From Candidatus Marinacidobacterium sp. (GTDB lineage Bacteria > Acidobacteriota > Vicinamibacteria > Marinacidobacterales > Marinacidobacteraceae), in assembly GCA_965204755.1 (NCBI GenBank), contig OZ242011.1, forward strand, positions 3,776,001 to 3,840,000: DNA of 64,000 nt, written 5' to 3'. The position numbers and the translations under genes were made by a program. Shown piece by piece: positions 19,579-29,600 of the stretch. Position 1 is the stretch's first letter. Each line of letters starts with the position of its first letter. Under the pieces are notes generated by a model. The model was not told where the DNA came from. It saw only the letters and a program-made list of their open reading frames with translations, and made no database searches.

Positions 19579-20566
19579 CGCCGTGCGGCTCAAGCCGCGC
19601 GCCGGCCACTATGTGGAAGCCCTCGTCCCGGAGGAGCCGACTGCCGCGTGGCGAATGATTCCGGTCGCGCAGATCCACCCCAACCCGAACCAGCCCCGGC
19701 AGCGGATCGGCCGGCTGGACGCCCTGGTCACTTCCATCCGGGAGCACGGCGTCCTGCAGCCGATCCTGGTGCGGCGGCTGGGCGCCAAGGACTACCAGAT
19801 CATCGCCGGGGAGCGCCGCTTCCAGGCGGCCCGCCAGGCCGGGCTGCGCGAAGTGGCGTGCGTGGAGCGCGAGGCCGGGGAAGGGGAGTCGCTCGAACTC
19901 GCGCTCGTCGAGAATGTCCTGCGGGACGACCTCACGCCGTTCGAGGAGGCTTCCGCCTACGAGTGGCTCATCGAACAGCACGGCCACACCCACGAATCGT
20001 TGGCCCGGCGGGTCGGGAAGCCGCGGACCTCGGTTACCGAGTCCCTGGCGCTCCTGAACATCCCGGAGGGCATCCGCGAGATGTGCGCGGCGGCCGGTCT
20101 CCGGTCCCGTCGGCAACTGCTCCGGATCGCGCGACAGCCGGACGAGGCGGCGATGGCGGCGGCGGTCGAGCGCCTCGCCCGCGGCCTCGAGGCGGAGGAC
20201 GCGGCGGCGTCTTCCGGCCCCGCCGGCGCGACCGCGGAGAAAAAGCAGGAAAAGCCGACTCGACCGAAGCCGTTCGTCTTCCGCTTCGCCCCCCGGGGCG
20301 CGCCCTTCCGGCTGCAGATGACCTTCCGCAGGAGTCGGGTGGACGAGGGCGAGGTCCTCGAGGCGCTCCGCGATTTGGTGCGCCGGTTGGAGGAGTCCTC
20401 CGCCGGCGGCAGTGAGCCCGAGGGGGCGGAGGGAGCCGGGGAGCCCCGGGCGCCGGCTGCCGCGCCCGACGCCGCCGAACCGGGCGCGAACACCTCCCGA
20501 GCCGGGCGGGTCGCCGCTCCGATCCCTACCGCTCCGCCGGCGGTTCCCGAAGGCTCGAAACGCTAG
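19553..20566 (+). CDS. parB: ParB/Spo0J family protein
   Basis: PNPNQPR, GVLQPILVR, IIAGERRFQAA, ALVENVLRDDL and HTH; start set at GTG 19553, overlapping the parA end. Confidence 0.85.
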   Translation: MSRRTGLPDAVRLKPRAGHYVEALVPEEPTAAWRMIPVAQIHPNPNQPRQRIGRLDALVTSIREHGVLQPILVRRLGAKDYQIIAGERRFQAARQAGLREVACVEREAGEGESLELALVENVLRDDLTPFEEASAYEWLIEQHGHTHESLARRVGKPRTSVTESLALLNIPEGIREMCAAAGLRSRRQLLRIARQPDEAAMAAAVERLARGLEAEDAAASSGPAGATAEKKQEKPTRPKPFVFRFAPRGAPFRLQMTFRRSRVDEGEVLEALRDLVRRLEESSAGGSEPEGAEGAGEPRAPAAAPDAAEPGANTSRAGRVAAPIPTAPPAVPEGSKR

Positions 20567-20577
20567 GATCGCCGCCC

Positions 20578-21204
20578 ATGCGGACGCTGTTCTCCTCCCG
20601 CGGCCGAGGCCGCCTTCCGTTCTCGCGCCCATGGGTCGCCGCCGTCGCCGCGGTCGGTCTCGCCGCGTTCGTCTTCCCGGCGAACCCGGAGGCCGCTGTC
20701 GAAGGGCAGGCGGAGACCACCGGGACGATCGCGGTCGGCGAGCCGGCGCCCGACTTCGAGTTGCGGGACGCCGAGGGCGAGTCCTACCGGCTCTCCGAGT
20801 TGACCGCGAAGGGCCCGGTGGTGCTCGAATTCTTCCGGAGCGGCGGTTGGTGACCGTTCTGCAAGGCGCAACTCGGCGAGTTGCAAGAGGAACTGGCGCG
20901 ATTCGAGGCGGCGAACGCCACCGTCCTCGGCATCTCGAAGTACGACGCGGCGGAGACCGGGCGCTGGCTCGCCGAGAACGACTGGACCTTCCCGCTCCTC
21001 GTGGACGGCGGCCCGGTGATTCGCGACTACGGCATCCCGAACCCGGACCACGACGGCACGGAGCGGGAGGGGATCCCGCACCCGGCGACGATCATCGTCG
21101 GTGGGGACGGGATCGTGCGCTTCGTGAATGTGTGGGTGAACTACCGCGAACGCACCACGCCGGACGAGATCCTCGACCGGATCGCCGACCTCCCGTCCCG
21201 ATGA
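20578..21204 (+). CDS. AhpC/TSA peroxiredoxin-like selenoprotein (UxxC motif; Sec at TGA 20851-20853)
   Basis: ORFs 20578-20853 and 20881-21204 are in one frame separated only by TGA: VGEPAPDFEL...FFRSGGW-U-PFCKAQL; hairpin downstream. Confidence 0.8.
20868..20884 (+). promoter_or_regulatory. Putative bacterial SECIS hairpin
   Basis: GCAACTC-GGC-GAGTTGC; G-first loop about 21 nt after the UGA. Confidence 0.6.
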
Positions 21205-21773
21205 CCGCCCGCCGCGCCATTCCGCCGCCGGCGCGCGCCTTCCGGTCGGCGCTTCTCTTGGCCGGCCTCTCGGCTTTCGGCGCCGGAACGGCGGCGGGAC
21301 AGATGTTCGAGATCCCGGACTGGGAGAACTCCGCCGAGTTCCGGCTCGTCGCCTCCCAGTCCCCGGTTCGTCCCGGGGATGCCTTCGAGTTGGCGGTCGT
21401 CGCCCGGCTCGACCCCGGTTACCACCTCTACGGCCCGGAGGAGGCGCCGCCCACCGCGACCGTCGTCGAATGGACCGGCGGCCCGGCGCTGGAAGCCGGC
21501 GCGCCGCTCTACCCGGAGCCGATCCGCCGGGACCTCTCCGGACTCGGGGAATACGACCTCTACGAGGGCACGGTCGCGTTCCGGATCCCGGTGACCTCCG
21601 CCGCGCCGGAAGCGGGCTCGACCGCCGCGGAAGTGCTGCTCCGCTACCAACTGTGCACCGACAACGCCTGCAGCGCGCCGACCAGCACGACCCTGACGCT
21701 GGACCTGCCGCTCGCGGGGAAGGGGACGGAAGTGCGGAGCCTCCATCCAGAAGTGTTCGGAGACTCTCCGTGA
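21201..21773 (+). CDS. DsbD N-terminal-like disulfide reductase domain protein (secreted)
   Basis: Signal peptide; LDPGYHLY...YEG...LRYQLCTDNACSAP; ATGA overlap with the upstream stop. Confidence 0.7.
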   Translation: MTARRAIPPPARAFRSALLLAGLSAFGAGTAAGQMFEIPDWENSAEFRLVASQSPVRPGDAFELAVVARLDPGYHLYGPEEAPPTATVVEWTGGPALEAGAPLYPEPIRRDLSGLGEYDLYEGTVAFRIPVTSAAPEAGSTAAEVLLRYQLCTDNACSAPTSTTLTLDLPLAGKGTEVRSLHPEVFGDSP

Positions 21774-22294
21774 CCGCGGGCGCTCCGGAATCGGGATCCC
21801 CGAGTCCCGAGCCGCGGGTGGTCCACACCTGCCGCGCCCGGATCGTGAAGCGGGCCGGCCCGGAACGCCAGGCCTTCCTGGAGGGATTTCCCGACCCGGT
21901 CCGCTTCGGCGTCCACACCGGGATCGCCGCGTTCTACGGGGTCACGCCGTCTGAAGAACTCCCGGCGACGCTCGACTATGTGGTGGCCGCCACCGGCGGT
22001 TGAATGGTCGGGACTTTCGGGCGGGCGCTCGAAGCACGCGGGATACCCAGCCAGCCGGATCGGCTGACGGCCGAGGTCGAAGGCGACATCGTGGACGAGG
22101 GCGGGGTGATGGCGCTCCGCCGGATCCGCATTCGCTACCTCCTCCGACTCGACCCGGCGCAGCGCGAAGCGGCGGACCGGGCGCTCGAGTTCCACGAACG
22201 GGGCTGTCCGCTCGCGAACACGCTGCGCGGCGCGGTCGCGGTGGAATACGCCGCGGAGTATCGAGACACGGAAGACCCTGCCGGCTCCGCATGA
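21770..22294 (+). CDS. OsmC/Ohr-like selenoprotein (Sec at TGA 22001-22003)
   Basis: TLDYVVAATGG-U-MVGTF in frame, second Cys in GCPLANTL; GTGA-coupled start; hairpin downstream. Confidence 0.78.
22016..22033 (+). promoter_or_regulatory. Putative bacterial SECIS hairpin
   Basis: TTCGGGC-GGGC-GCTCGAA (one G-U pair); loop about 19 nt after the UGA. Confidence 0.5.
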
Positions 22295-22349
22295 GCCGGC
22301 GCCCCGTTCGCCGCCCGGCGCCGGCGTTCCGGGCGGCGCCCGCCGGTTC

Positions 22350-22856
22350 GTGACGGACGCCGGCGACGGGCTGCGGGCGCTGATGCGCGCCGCCCCGCAA
22401 CTCGTGACGGTGGTGACCGCGTGGGGCGCGGACGGCCCCCGCGGGATCACCGTGAGTTCCTTCATCTCCGTCAGTCTGGCCCCGGCGACCGTGCTCGTCT
22501 CCATCATGAAGTCCGCCCGGGCCCACGCGGCGATCGCGGCGGGAAGGTTTCGGGTGCACCTGCTCGCCGAGGACCAGGCCGCGGTCTCCGCGCACTTCGC
22601 CCGCCCCGGACTCGGCGCCGACGAGCAGTTCGGCGGCGCTTTCCGGGGGGCGCTGGACGGACGGCGGAAAGGGGAGCCGCCCCGGTTGCCGGATTGCCTC
22701 GGCTGGGCCGAGTGCGAGACGGTCTCGGCGGTGGACGGCGAAGACCACACGCTGTTCCTCGGCCGCGTTCGCGAAGTCTCGGTGGAGCGTGGGGAGGCGC
22801 CGCCGCTGCTCTATGTCTCGCGCAGCTATCGGCGGGTGGGGGAGGCCCTGGCGTGA
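22350..22856 (+). CDS. Flavin reductase-like protein
   Basis: VTVVT...GITVSSFISVSLAP...GEDHTLFLGRV...PLLY. Confidence 0.85.
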   Translation: MTDAGDGLRALMRAAPQLVTVVTAWGADGPRGITVSSFISVSLAPATVLVSIMKSARAHAAIAAGRFRVHLLAEDQAAVSAHFARPGLGADEQFGGAFRGALDGRRKGEPPRLPDCLGWAECETVSAVDGEDHTLFLGRVREVSVERGEAPPLLYVSRSYRRVGEALA

Positions 22857-23764
22857 AACGGCCGCGGAGGGGGCGCCTCTCGGGGCGGACGCCGGCGTCC
22901 CCGGCGGCGCCGCTCGTCCTGGCCCTCCTCGCCGCGGGCTGTGGCGGGGGCGAGGAACCGGAGGCGCCTTCCCGGGTGGAAGAGCCGGCGGCGCCCGTCG
23001 AGACCCCGCGCGAGCCGTCGCCTCCGCCGCCGCCCGAGCCCGCTCCGGCGCCGCCGGCGACCGGGACGCTCGAGGTGGTCGGTACCGAGGGGGCTTCGGT
23101 GTTCCTCGACGGCGAGCCCGTCGGAACGGTGCCCGGCGTGTTCGCCGACCTGCCGGCGGGAGAACATCAGGTGCGGGTCGAGCGGGCGGACTTCCATCCG
23201 CTCGAGGTGGCGGTGACCATTCGGGGCGGCCGCAGCCGCACCCTCGACGCCCGGCTGGTCGAGAGGCTCGGCTCCATCGCGGTGGAGAGCGAGCCGGCGG
23301 GCGCGATGGTCTTCCTGAACCGGGACTTCAAGGGGAACACGCCGGTGGTCATCGAGGACCTGCGGCCGGACACCTACGCGCTGATGCTTTCCGTCGAGGG
23401 CTTCGATGTCCACAACGAAAGAGTGGAAGTCGGGAGGGCCCGGGTTCCGGTGCGCGTCGCGTTCGAGGCTTCGGCGGCGACCTTGGATGCGGCGGTCGAG
23501 GTGGTGCACAAGCACCGGTTCGGCTCCTGCGCCGGGACGCTGGTGGCGACGGAGTCGGGGTTCGACTACCGGACGGAGCACCGCGATGCGTTCGAGTTGC
23601 CGTTCGCCCGGGTCGAACGGTTCGAGTTGGACTATGTGGAGAACAACCTGCGGCTGAAAGTGCGCGGCGGACGCACCTACAACTTCGAGGCCCCGAACGG
23701 AGAGGTGGACCCGCTGTTCGTGTTCCACCGTGATGTCCAGGCGTTCCGGGAAGCGGGGAACTGA
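22853..23764 (+). CDS. PEGA-domain lipoprotein
   Basis: Lipobox LAAGC; two PEGA repeats (GASVFLDG..VG; SEPAGAMVFLN...GNTP). Confidence 0.75.
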   Translation: MKRPRRGRLSGRTPASPAAPLVLALLAAGCGGGEEPEAPSRVEEPAAPVETPREPSPPPPPEPAPAPPATGTLEVVGTEGASVFLDGEPVGTVPGVFADLPAGEHQVRVERADFHPLEVAVTIRGGRSRTLDARLVERLGSIAVESEPAGAMVFLNRDFKGNTPVVIEDLRPDTYALMLSVEGFDVHNERVEVGRARVPVRVAFEASAATLDAAVEVVHKHRFGSCAGTLVATESGFDYRTEHRDAFELPFARVERFELDYVENNLRLKVRGGRTYNFEAPNGEVDPLFVFHRDVQAFREAGN

Positions 23765-23797
23765 CCACGCGGAGTCGTACATTCGCCTGCTTCTATT

Positions 23798-23825
23798 TCT
23801 TAACATAACATCTCTTATCGGAAGT
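23798..23825 (-). other. dif-like XerC/XerD recombination site
   Basis: Minus strand ACTTCCGATAA-GAGATG-TTATGTTAAGA has the 11-6-11 architecture and a canonical TTATGTTAA XerD arm. Confidence 0.7.
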
Positions 23826-24162
23826 TGCCGGGTGCGCACTCCGCGCGCCCGGCATCATCCGATAAGAGCGCTCCGTTCTCCGAAGCGGCAAGGGCCTCGG
23901 CGCCGAAAGCCCGGTGTCGCGACGCTCCTCGGGGCCGCTTCCGATAGCGGACCGTCCAGCACCGGGCGCCGAATCTGTGTGGAGCGCGCCCCCGCATCGT
24001 CGGAGCGAGAGCGTTCCGTTATCCGATGCGACGGTCTCGGGACCGGATATTGATCGAGCCACTTGGTAGGCGACGATTGTTCCGGCGATCACCCTTATCA
24101 TCTGTCCCCGAAAATCTCGGCCGAGCCTCGGGTCACGGGCGTGGTTCTCTTCCGGTTCCACG

Positions 24163-26664
24163 ATGTCCTTCCGCAGTTTCCTGAAACGCCTGAGCGGCCC
24201 GCTCCGCGCTGTTCCCGTGCGCTTGATGGGCCGCCTGGTCCGCGTCTTCCGACGGGCTGACGGTTCGAGCGGGCCTGCATCTGGGTGTGGAGAGACGGGA
24301 CAGCCGGAGTTGAACGAATCAACGCCGGACAAGCGGTCAACCGGTTCGGAGCCCGCGGGCACTGCTTCCCCGGACATCGAAGACCGAGATGGACCGACGC
24401 CGGGGCGAAATGACGGCAGTTCGCATGCGCCGGCACCCCTGCCCCAAAAGCCGGGGTCGCCCAACGGCGAAGGGCGCGCCGCCGAACCCGAGCCGGAGGC
24501 GGAAGGGACGATGGACATCACACCGCCGGTTGACGAGAGCCATGCCGATGCGGCAACCGGAGGTGCCCTCCCGGACACGCCGACTCGCGAACCCGACGAC
24601 CGTGCTGATCCCGCGTCTGCGGAGCCAAGACCACCGACGGTGTCTCCGCCGCGAGTGACGACCGAGGGGTCGAGGAGAGCGGGAGAACCTTGGAGGTTCG
24701 GACCGCGTCGCACGCAACATGACTCTGCCCTCGGAATCCGAAGTGACGCGGGCGCTTCTCCACCCGAACTCAGGATTCGCTACGCCGGCGGCAGGTGGGA
24801 AGTACTGCTCTCGGTTGACCCGAAAGCAGGCCCGTCCGAAGTGCTGCAAGGTGGGAATCCGCTTCGTCCTGCTCGGGATGGGGCTTGGCGCGTGCCCGAT
24901 TTCCGGCGAGACATCGAGGTAAGAACCGACAACGCTGGCGACGCAACGATACCCCTCTACACAGGAAGAGAGCCGCTTATCTTCCGGCTACCGGGGGCCG
25001 ATGGCGAGGGAACTCAGCGTCGTCGAATGACCGATCGTGGACGGTATGTCGTAATCGCGCCGGCAGGAGAACTCCGCCGCGACGAGATCGCGGTCTTTCG
25101 GGAGCACGAACCCTGTGGCGATCATCGTTTTGTCGCACATTTCTTCGACTCGTCTGCCGGGAGGGGGGCGGAAACGGTCGAGGGTTTCCCGGAGTGGGAC
25201 TACGGCGCTACAACGGGAAGTGCCTCCTTGGCCGGGCGCTCTATTTTCGACAGTTCCGAAGACGGAAAGTTGTTCGTTGGAGACGCGCCGACTTTGGATT
25301 CGACGGACGGAATCAAATGGGCTCGCATCGGTGAAGAGCGAGAGGGTGGGTGGAAGGGACGGAACTTTCTCGTCGCAGAAGAGAAGCCAGGCGATGTCCT
25401 GAACGGGGCATGTGGGAGATTCTTTCTCCGCACATATCGAACGGGGGAGACGCATCTGGCCGACTCGCGATCGTTTCGCTATTGGCCTGACCTGGAGAGG
25501 ATCGAACTCAACGGGAGAAAATTCGACTCGGAGCGCATCCTGATTCCGGGCACAGCGGGGCATGGGAAGGCGACCGTTCGGTTGGTCGGCCGAGTCGGTA
25601 GCGATCTGAAATTCGAACTCATGAACACCCAAGGGGCATCAGTCTCCACCGACGGGACGATTGCGGTTGCTCCGGACATCACGGCAGACGAGTTGCGCGT
25701 GCGCCTTTGCCGCGCTCCGTGGCACATGGATTTGGTCGTCGCCCTGCCGAGGGTCTGGTGGCGGCTGCAAGGAGATCGGAGCAACTGGAAATCTACTCCG
25801 CTCTCCATGTCTCGTCGAGAGTTCCGGAGCATCGCAACTCAGCGGCTTGAGATGCTCGTGCCGGAGTCCATCCCATCCGTCGAAGCCACACTTGGAAGCC
25901 AAATCGGCGAGTTCCCTGCGACGAGAACTGACGAGTCCGTTCACAAACGACTCTGCGCCATTCCTCTTGAGTACTTCGCGGATCACTCTGCCCTTCAAGA
26001 CGCCGGCGCACGGGAAGACGCTACGATCCGCGCCCGACTAAACGGATCGGAGGTGTGCATCATACATGTGCCCCCTGAACGGCCGCGACGAGCACTCAAA
26101 CCCCAATCGTCGCCCGTCCCCGCTCCGCCACACGAGATGCCGGCGACGCCGAGCCGGACGGAGCACACGGTTCTCAAGAACAGCGTGGTCGCCGTAGGTT
26201 GCGTGAGGGTTCGGGAACGCGACAAGAACATCTCCTTCACGGCTATGGCGATCGTCAGCGACGGGAACGGCCGCGTCGGCGTCGGTCATGGAACGGGGCG
26301 CGATGTACCGGCCGCGACCAAGAAGGGAATCGAGATCGCGACGAAGAATCTGGTGTCGGTGCGGCGGCAGGGACGTACTATCGCCCATGAGGTCGTTGGC
26401 GCCTTCGGTGGCGTTCGTGTCCTGATGAGTCCCGCTCCGGAGGGAACGGGGATCGTCGCGCGTAGATCGACGCGGGCAGCGGTGCGGGCCGTCATCGAAC
26501 TGGCGGGGATCAAGGACATCCTGATCCGATCGAGCGGGACTTCGAACCAGGAAAAGGCCGTCGCGGCGGTCGTCGAGGGCTTGCGTTCGCTCCGCTCGCC
26601 AGAAGTCGTAGCCGAATCTTCCGAAAGGGAGACCGGAGAGAGTCTCCCTGAGACGAGGAGGTAG
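24163..26664 (+). CDS. Uncharacterised 833-aa protein with a disordered N-terminus, a beta-rich core and a C-terminal ribosomal protein uS5-like domain
   Basis: C-terminal ~150 aa SFTAMAIVSDGNGRVGVGHG...DVPAA..KGIE.A.KNL...TIAHEVVG.FG...L..PAPEGTG...AVRAVIELAGIKDIL..S.G..N...LRSPEVVA matches the uS5 pattern; lies 8 nt upstream of the helicase. Confidence 0.75.
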   Translation: MSFRSFLKRLSGPLRAVPVRLMGRLVRVFRRADGSSGPASGCGETGQPELNESTPDKRSTGSEPAGTASPDIEDRDGPTPGRNDGSSHAPAPLPQKPGSPNGEGRAAEPEPEAEGTMDITPPVDESHADAATGGALPDTPTREPDDRADPASAEPRPPTVSPPRVTTEGSRRAGEPWRFGPRRTQHDSALGIRSDAGASPPELRIRYAGGRWEVLLSVDPKAGPSEVLQGGNPLRPARDGAWRVPDFRRDIEVRTDNAGDATIPLYTGREPLIFRLPGADGEGTQRRRMTDRGRYVVIAPAGELRRDEIAVFREHEPCGDHRFVAHFFDSSAGRGAETVEGFPEWDYGATTGSASLAGRSIFDSSEDGKLFVGDAPTLDSTDGIKWARIGEEREGGWKGRNFLVAEEKPGDVLNGACGRFFLRTYRTGETHLADSRSFRYWPDLERIELNGRKFDSERILIPGTAGHGKATVRLVGRVGSDLKFELMNTQGASVSTDGTIAVAPDITADELRVRLCRAPWHMDLVVALPRVWWRLQGDRSNWKSTPLSMSRREFRSIATQRLEMLVPESIPSVEATLGSQIGEFPATRTDESVHKRLCAIPLEYFADHSALQDAGAREDATIRARLNGSEVCIIHVPPERPRRALKPQSSPVPAPPHEMPATPSRTEHTVLKNSVVAVGCVRVRERDKNISFTAMAIVSDGNGRVGVGHGTGRDVPAATKKGIEIATKNLVSVRRQGRTIAHEVVGAFGGVRVLMSPAPEGTGIVARRSTRAAVRAVIELAGIKDILIRSSGTSNQEKAVAAVVEGLRSLRSPEVVAESSERETGESLPETRR

Positions 26665-26672
26665 ATGGACCG

Positions 26673-29600
26673 ATGCCCCATCGAAAAGACATCGACCGGT
26701 GGGTCGAGAAGATTCGGTCCCGGTATACGAGTTATCTTGCGACCTCGTTCTACTTTCGTGACCCGGCGCTTCGGAAATCTTTCGGGGACGCGCTCGGTGG
26801 CGAGGAACTGCTTCGTGGCCCGTACCCGGAATACGGGCGCCGCTTCCCTAAGGGAGTCTCCGCCCGAGAGTTGGCCTCCGAGACGTTCCCGAGCGGGGCG
26901 GAGGACCTGTTCCCTGCCCTCTTGGACGGACGCCTCCACGCGCATCAGGAACGGGCGATTCGGGCTGCCCATTTCGAGAATCGGAACATCGTCGTGGCGA
27001 GCGGTACGGCCAGCGGGAAAACCGAGTGCTTCCTCTATCCGATACTGTTCTCCCTCTTCGATGAGCACTTGGCGGGGACCGTCGACGAGAACGGTGTTCG
27101 GGCGGTGGTTCTCTATCCGATGAACGCCTTGGTGAACGATCAGCGGGAGCGACTTGGTGAACTACGCCGAAGGCTGGACGGACACGGGTCCGGGTTTGAG
27201 TTCACTTTCGGTCAGTACATCGGCCAGACCCCCTACAACTCACGAGACAGGTTTCGGCACGGTGCCGAGCGCGGACGAAGCGCTCTGCCGGGAGAGATCG
27301 TTTTTCGAGAGGAGATGTGGGAGAAGCCGCCCCACATCCTGTTTACGAACTACTCGATGCTCGAGTACCTCTTGCTGCGCCCGCAGGACACGCCCCTGTT
27401 CGACGGCGGCAGGGGCAGACACTGGCGCTTTTTGGTTCTCGACGAGGCGCACGCCTACCGGGGAGCCAAGGGCATCGAGATGGCGATGCTCGTTCGTCGC
27501 CTGAAACAACGGTTGAGAGAGGGTGGACGGACGCGGCCGTTTCGGTGCATCGCCACCAGTGCGACGATTGCGTCCGGGCACGGCAGAGAGGATCGCAGGG
27601 CCGTGGCCGACTTCGCGACGACGCTGTTCGGTGAAGAATTCGAGGATGAGGGTGTCGTGTTCGGCCTTCCCGAGAGTCGATCTGGCGCCGAGTCGGGCGA
27701 CATTCGTCGTCACCATGTGTTCGTGAGGGCGCTGGAAGGCGCCTTCCTGCTGCACGAAGAGGGCCGTGACCGCGTCGTCCTGAATCGCGTCCTCGGGGAC
27801 GCGGGATCGAGAGCTCCGGCGGTTCCGCTCGAGATCGCGCTGTGTCGGGAGTGTGGCCAGCACTACTATGTCGGTCGGGTGAGGAACGGGAGGCTGGTCG
27901 AGGCCGTGCGCGACCGTAGTCGTGGAGATTTCGGAGTGGATTTTTTCCGTCCGCTGTCGACGGATGAACCGCAGGCGTCCGGCCTTTCGCTGTGCCGGAG
28001 GTGCGGGGCGATCGGCCGAGGCGCGACCGGGTGCGGTTGCGGTGTGGAGGCAGCCGTTCAGAAGTGTGCGAACCGACCCGGCCATCCGGACCAGATCAAG
28101 AAATGTGGGAGTTGTGAGTACGCCCGCGGCGGCGTCGGGGATCCGGTTCAGGAAATCGTGCACGGCGCCGACGGGCCCAACGCCGTTCTTGCTACTGCGG
28201 TGCATGAACTGCTGCCTTCCGCGTCGAGACGAATCCTGGCGTTCGCGGACAGCAGACAGGACGCGGCCTTCTTCGCGTGGTACGCGGAGGACTCGTACAC
28301 GACGATTCGAGATCGGAATCTCATGGCGAGGGCGCTTCGCCGGGGAACGGAGGGTTGGCGACGAACCGATGAGGGGGGCGACGAAGGGTTGTCGATCGGG
28401 GATCTGGGTCGTCGGCTCGCGGCAGTGCGTCGCGAACGCGGTCTGACGAAGGCCGCCGACAGTTGGGAAACCGAGATCCGGGCGTCCCATGAGGCCGTTT
28501 TGCGGGAGGCCGTCGCCGAGGATGCGAGGTTGTCACTATCCGGCGTGGGACTCGCGGCGTGGGCGGTGGCCATTCCGAGCGACTTGCGTGTTCCGGCCGA
28601 ACTCCTTGCGCCGCCGTGGAATCTCAGTCCGCCGGAGGCTCGTCTGCTGCTTGAGCACCTTCTCGACGGGTTCCGGAGAGAGCCAGCCTTGTGCCTTCCG
28701 AAGTCACCGGATTTCCCGGCATGGAAGGCGGTGAGCACCCGGCCGGCAATGGCGTTCGCGCGCGGAACGCCGGCCGGGAGAACCAAGGTTCGAGAGTGGG
28801 GAGGCGCGCGGAGCGCGGTCGTCAGCCGGTTCCTGCCGCGGGTCGCCGACGCCTCGGGGCTCAGCCTGGCCGCGGCGCAGGTGGCGAGCCGCAGTCTCAT
28901 GAAGGCGATCTGGGTGGCTCTCAGGGATCGCGACGAGGCGGTGCGCGCCGAGGATCGGATGCTCGAACGGGCCGGGTCCGAGGGAACTTTCGCGCTGAAC
29001 AGCGGATGGTTGCGAGTTCGCTCGGCTGGGGCATCGGAATTGTGGGAATGCGAGACCTGCGCGCGTTTGACCGCGCGAAACATCCGAGGCGTCTGCCCGC
29101 GCAACTGGTGCCCCGGAATCCTTGCGCCGGCGGATCGAGGACGGCTCGACGAGAATCACTATCGGTCCCTGTACGAAGCGACAGACCTGCCGCCGACCTT
29201 GAAGGCGGCGGAGCACACGGCGCAGTTGGCGGACGACGAAGCCAGACGACGGCAGGCCGAGTTCAAGAGCGGCGACATCCATCTGCTCAGTTCGTCTACT
29301 ACCTTCGAGGTCGGAGTCGATCTGGGAGCGCTCGAAGTGACTTTTCTGCGAAATGTGCCCCCGGAGCCCTTCAACTACGCGCAACGGGTGGGACGGGCGG
29401 GGCGAGCGGCGCGCACCGGCCTGGCGCTCACTTACTGTCGCCGCAGTCCTCACGATCTGCACCACTTCTCGAATCCGGAGTCCTTGATCGAGGGGCGGGT
29501 TACGCCGCCTCGGCTTCTCGTCTCAAACGAGCGGATCGTTACGCGGCACATGACCGCGATCGCTCTGTCGGCGTTCTTCCGCGACTCGAATCGTGGCCAG

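Noticed and set aside
20851-22003. Treating the two in-frame TGAs as pseudogene stops or a UGA-recoding genetic code
   Set aside because: Both fall on catalytic Cys positions with downstream hairpins, and TGA serves as a normal stop in many other genes here.
26170-26630. Calling this the genuine rpsE gene
   Set aside because: It is fused in frame to a large ORF, has no rplR/rpmD neighbours and has lost conserved loops.
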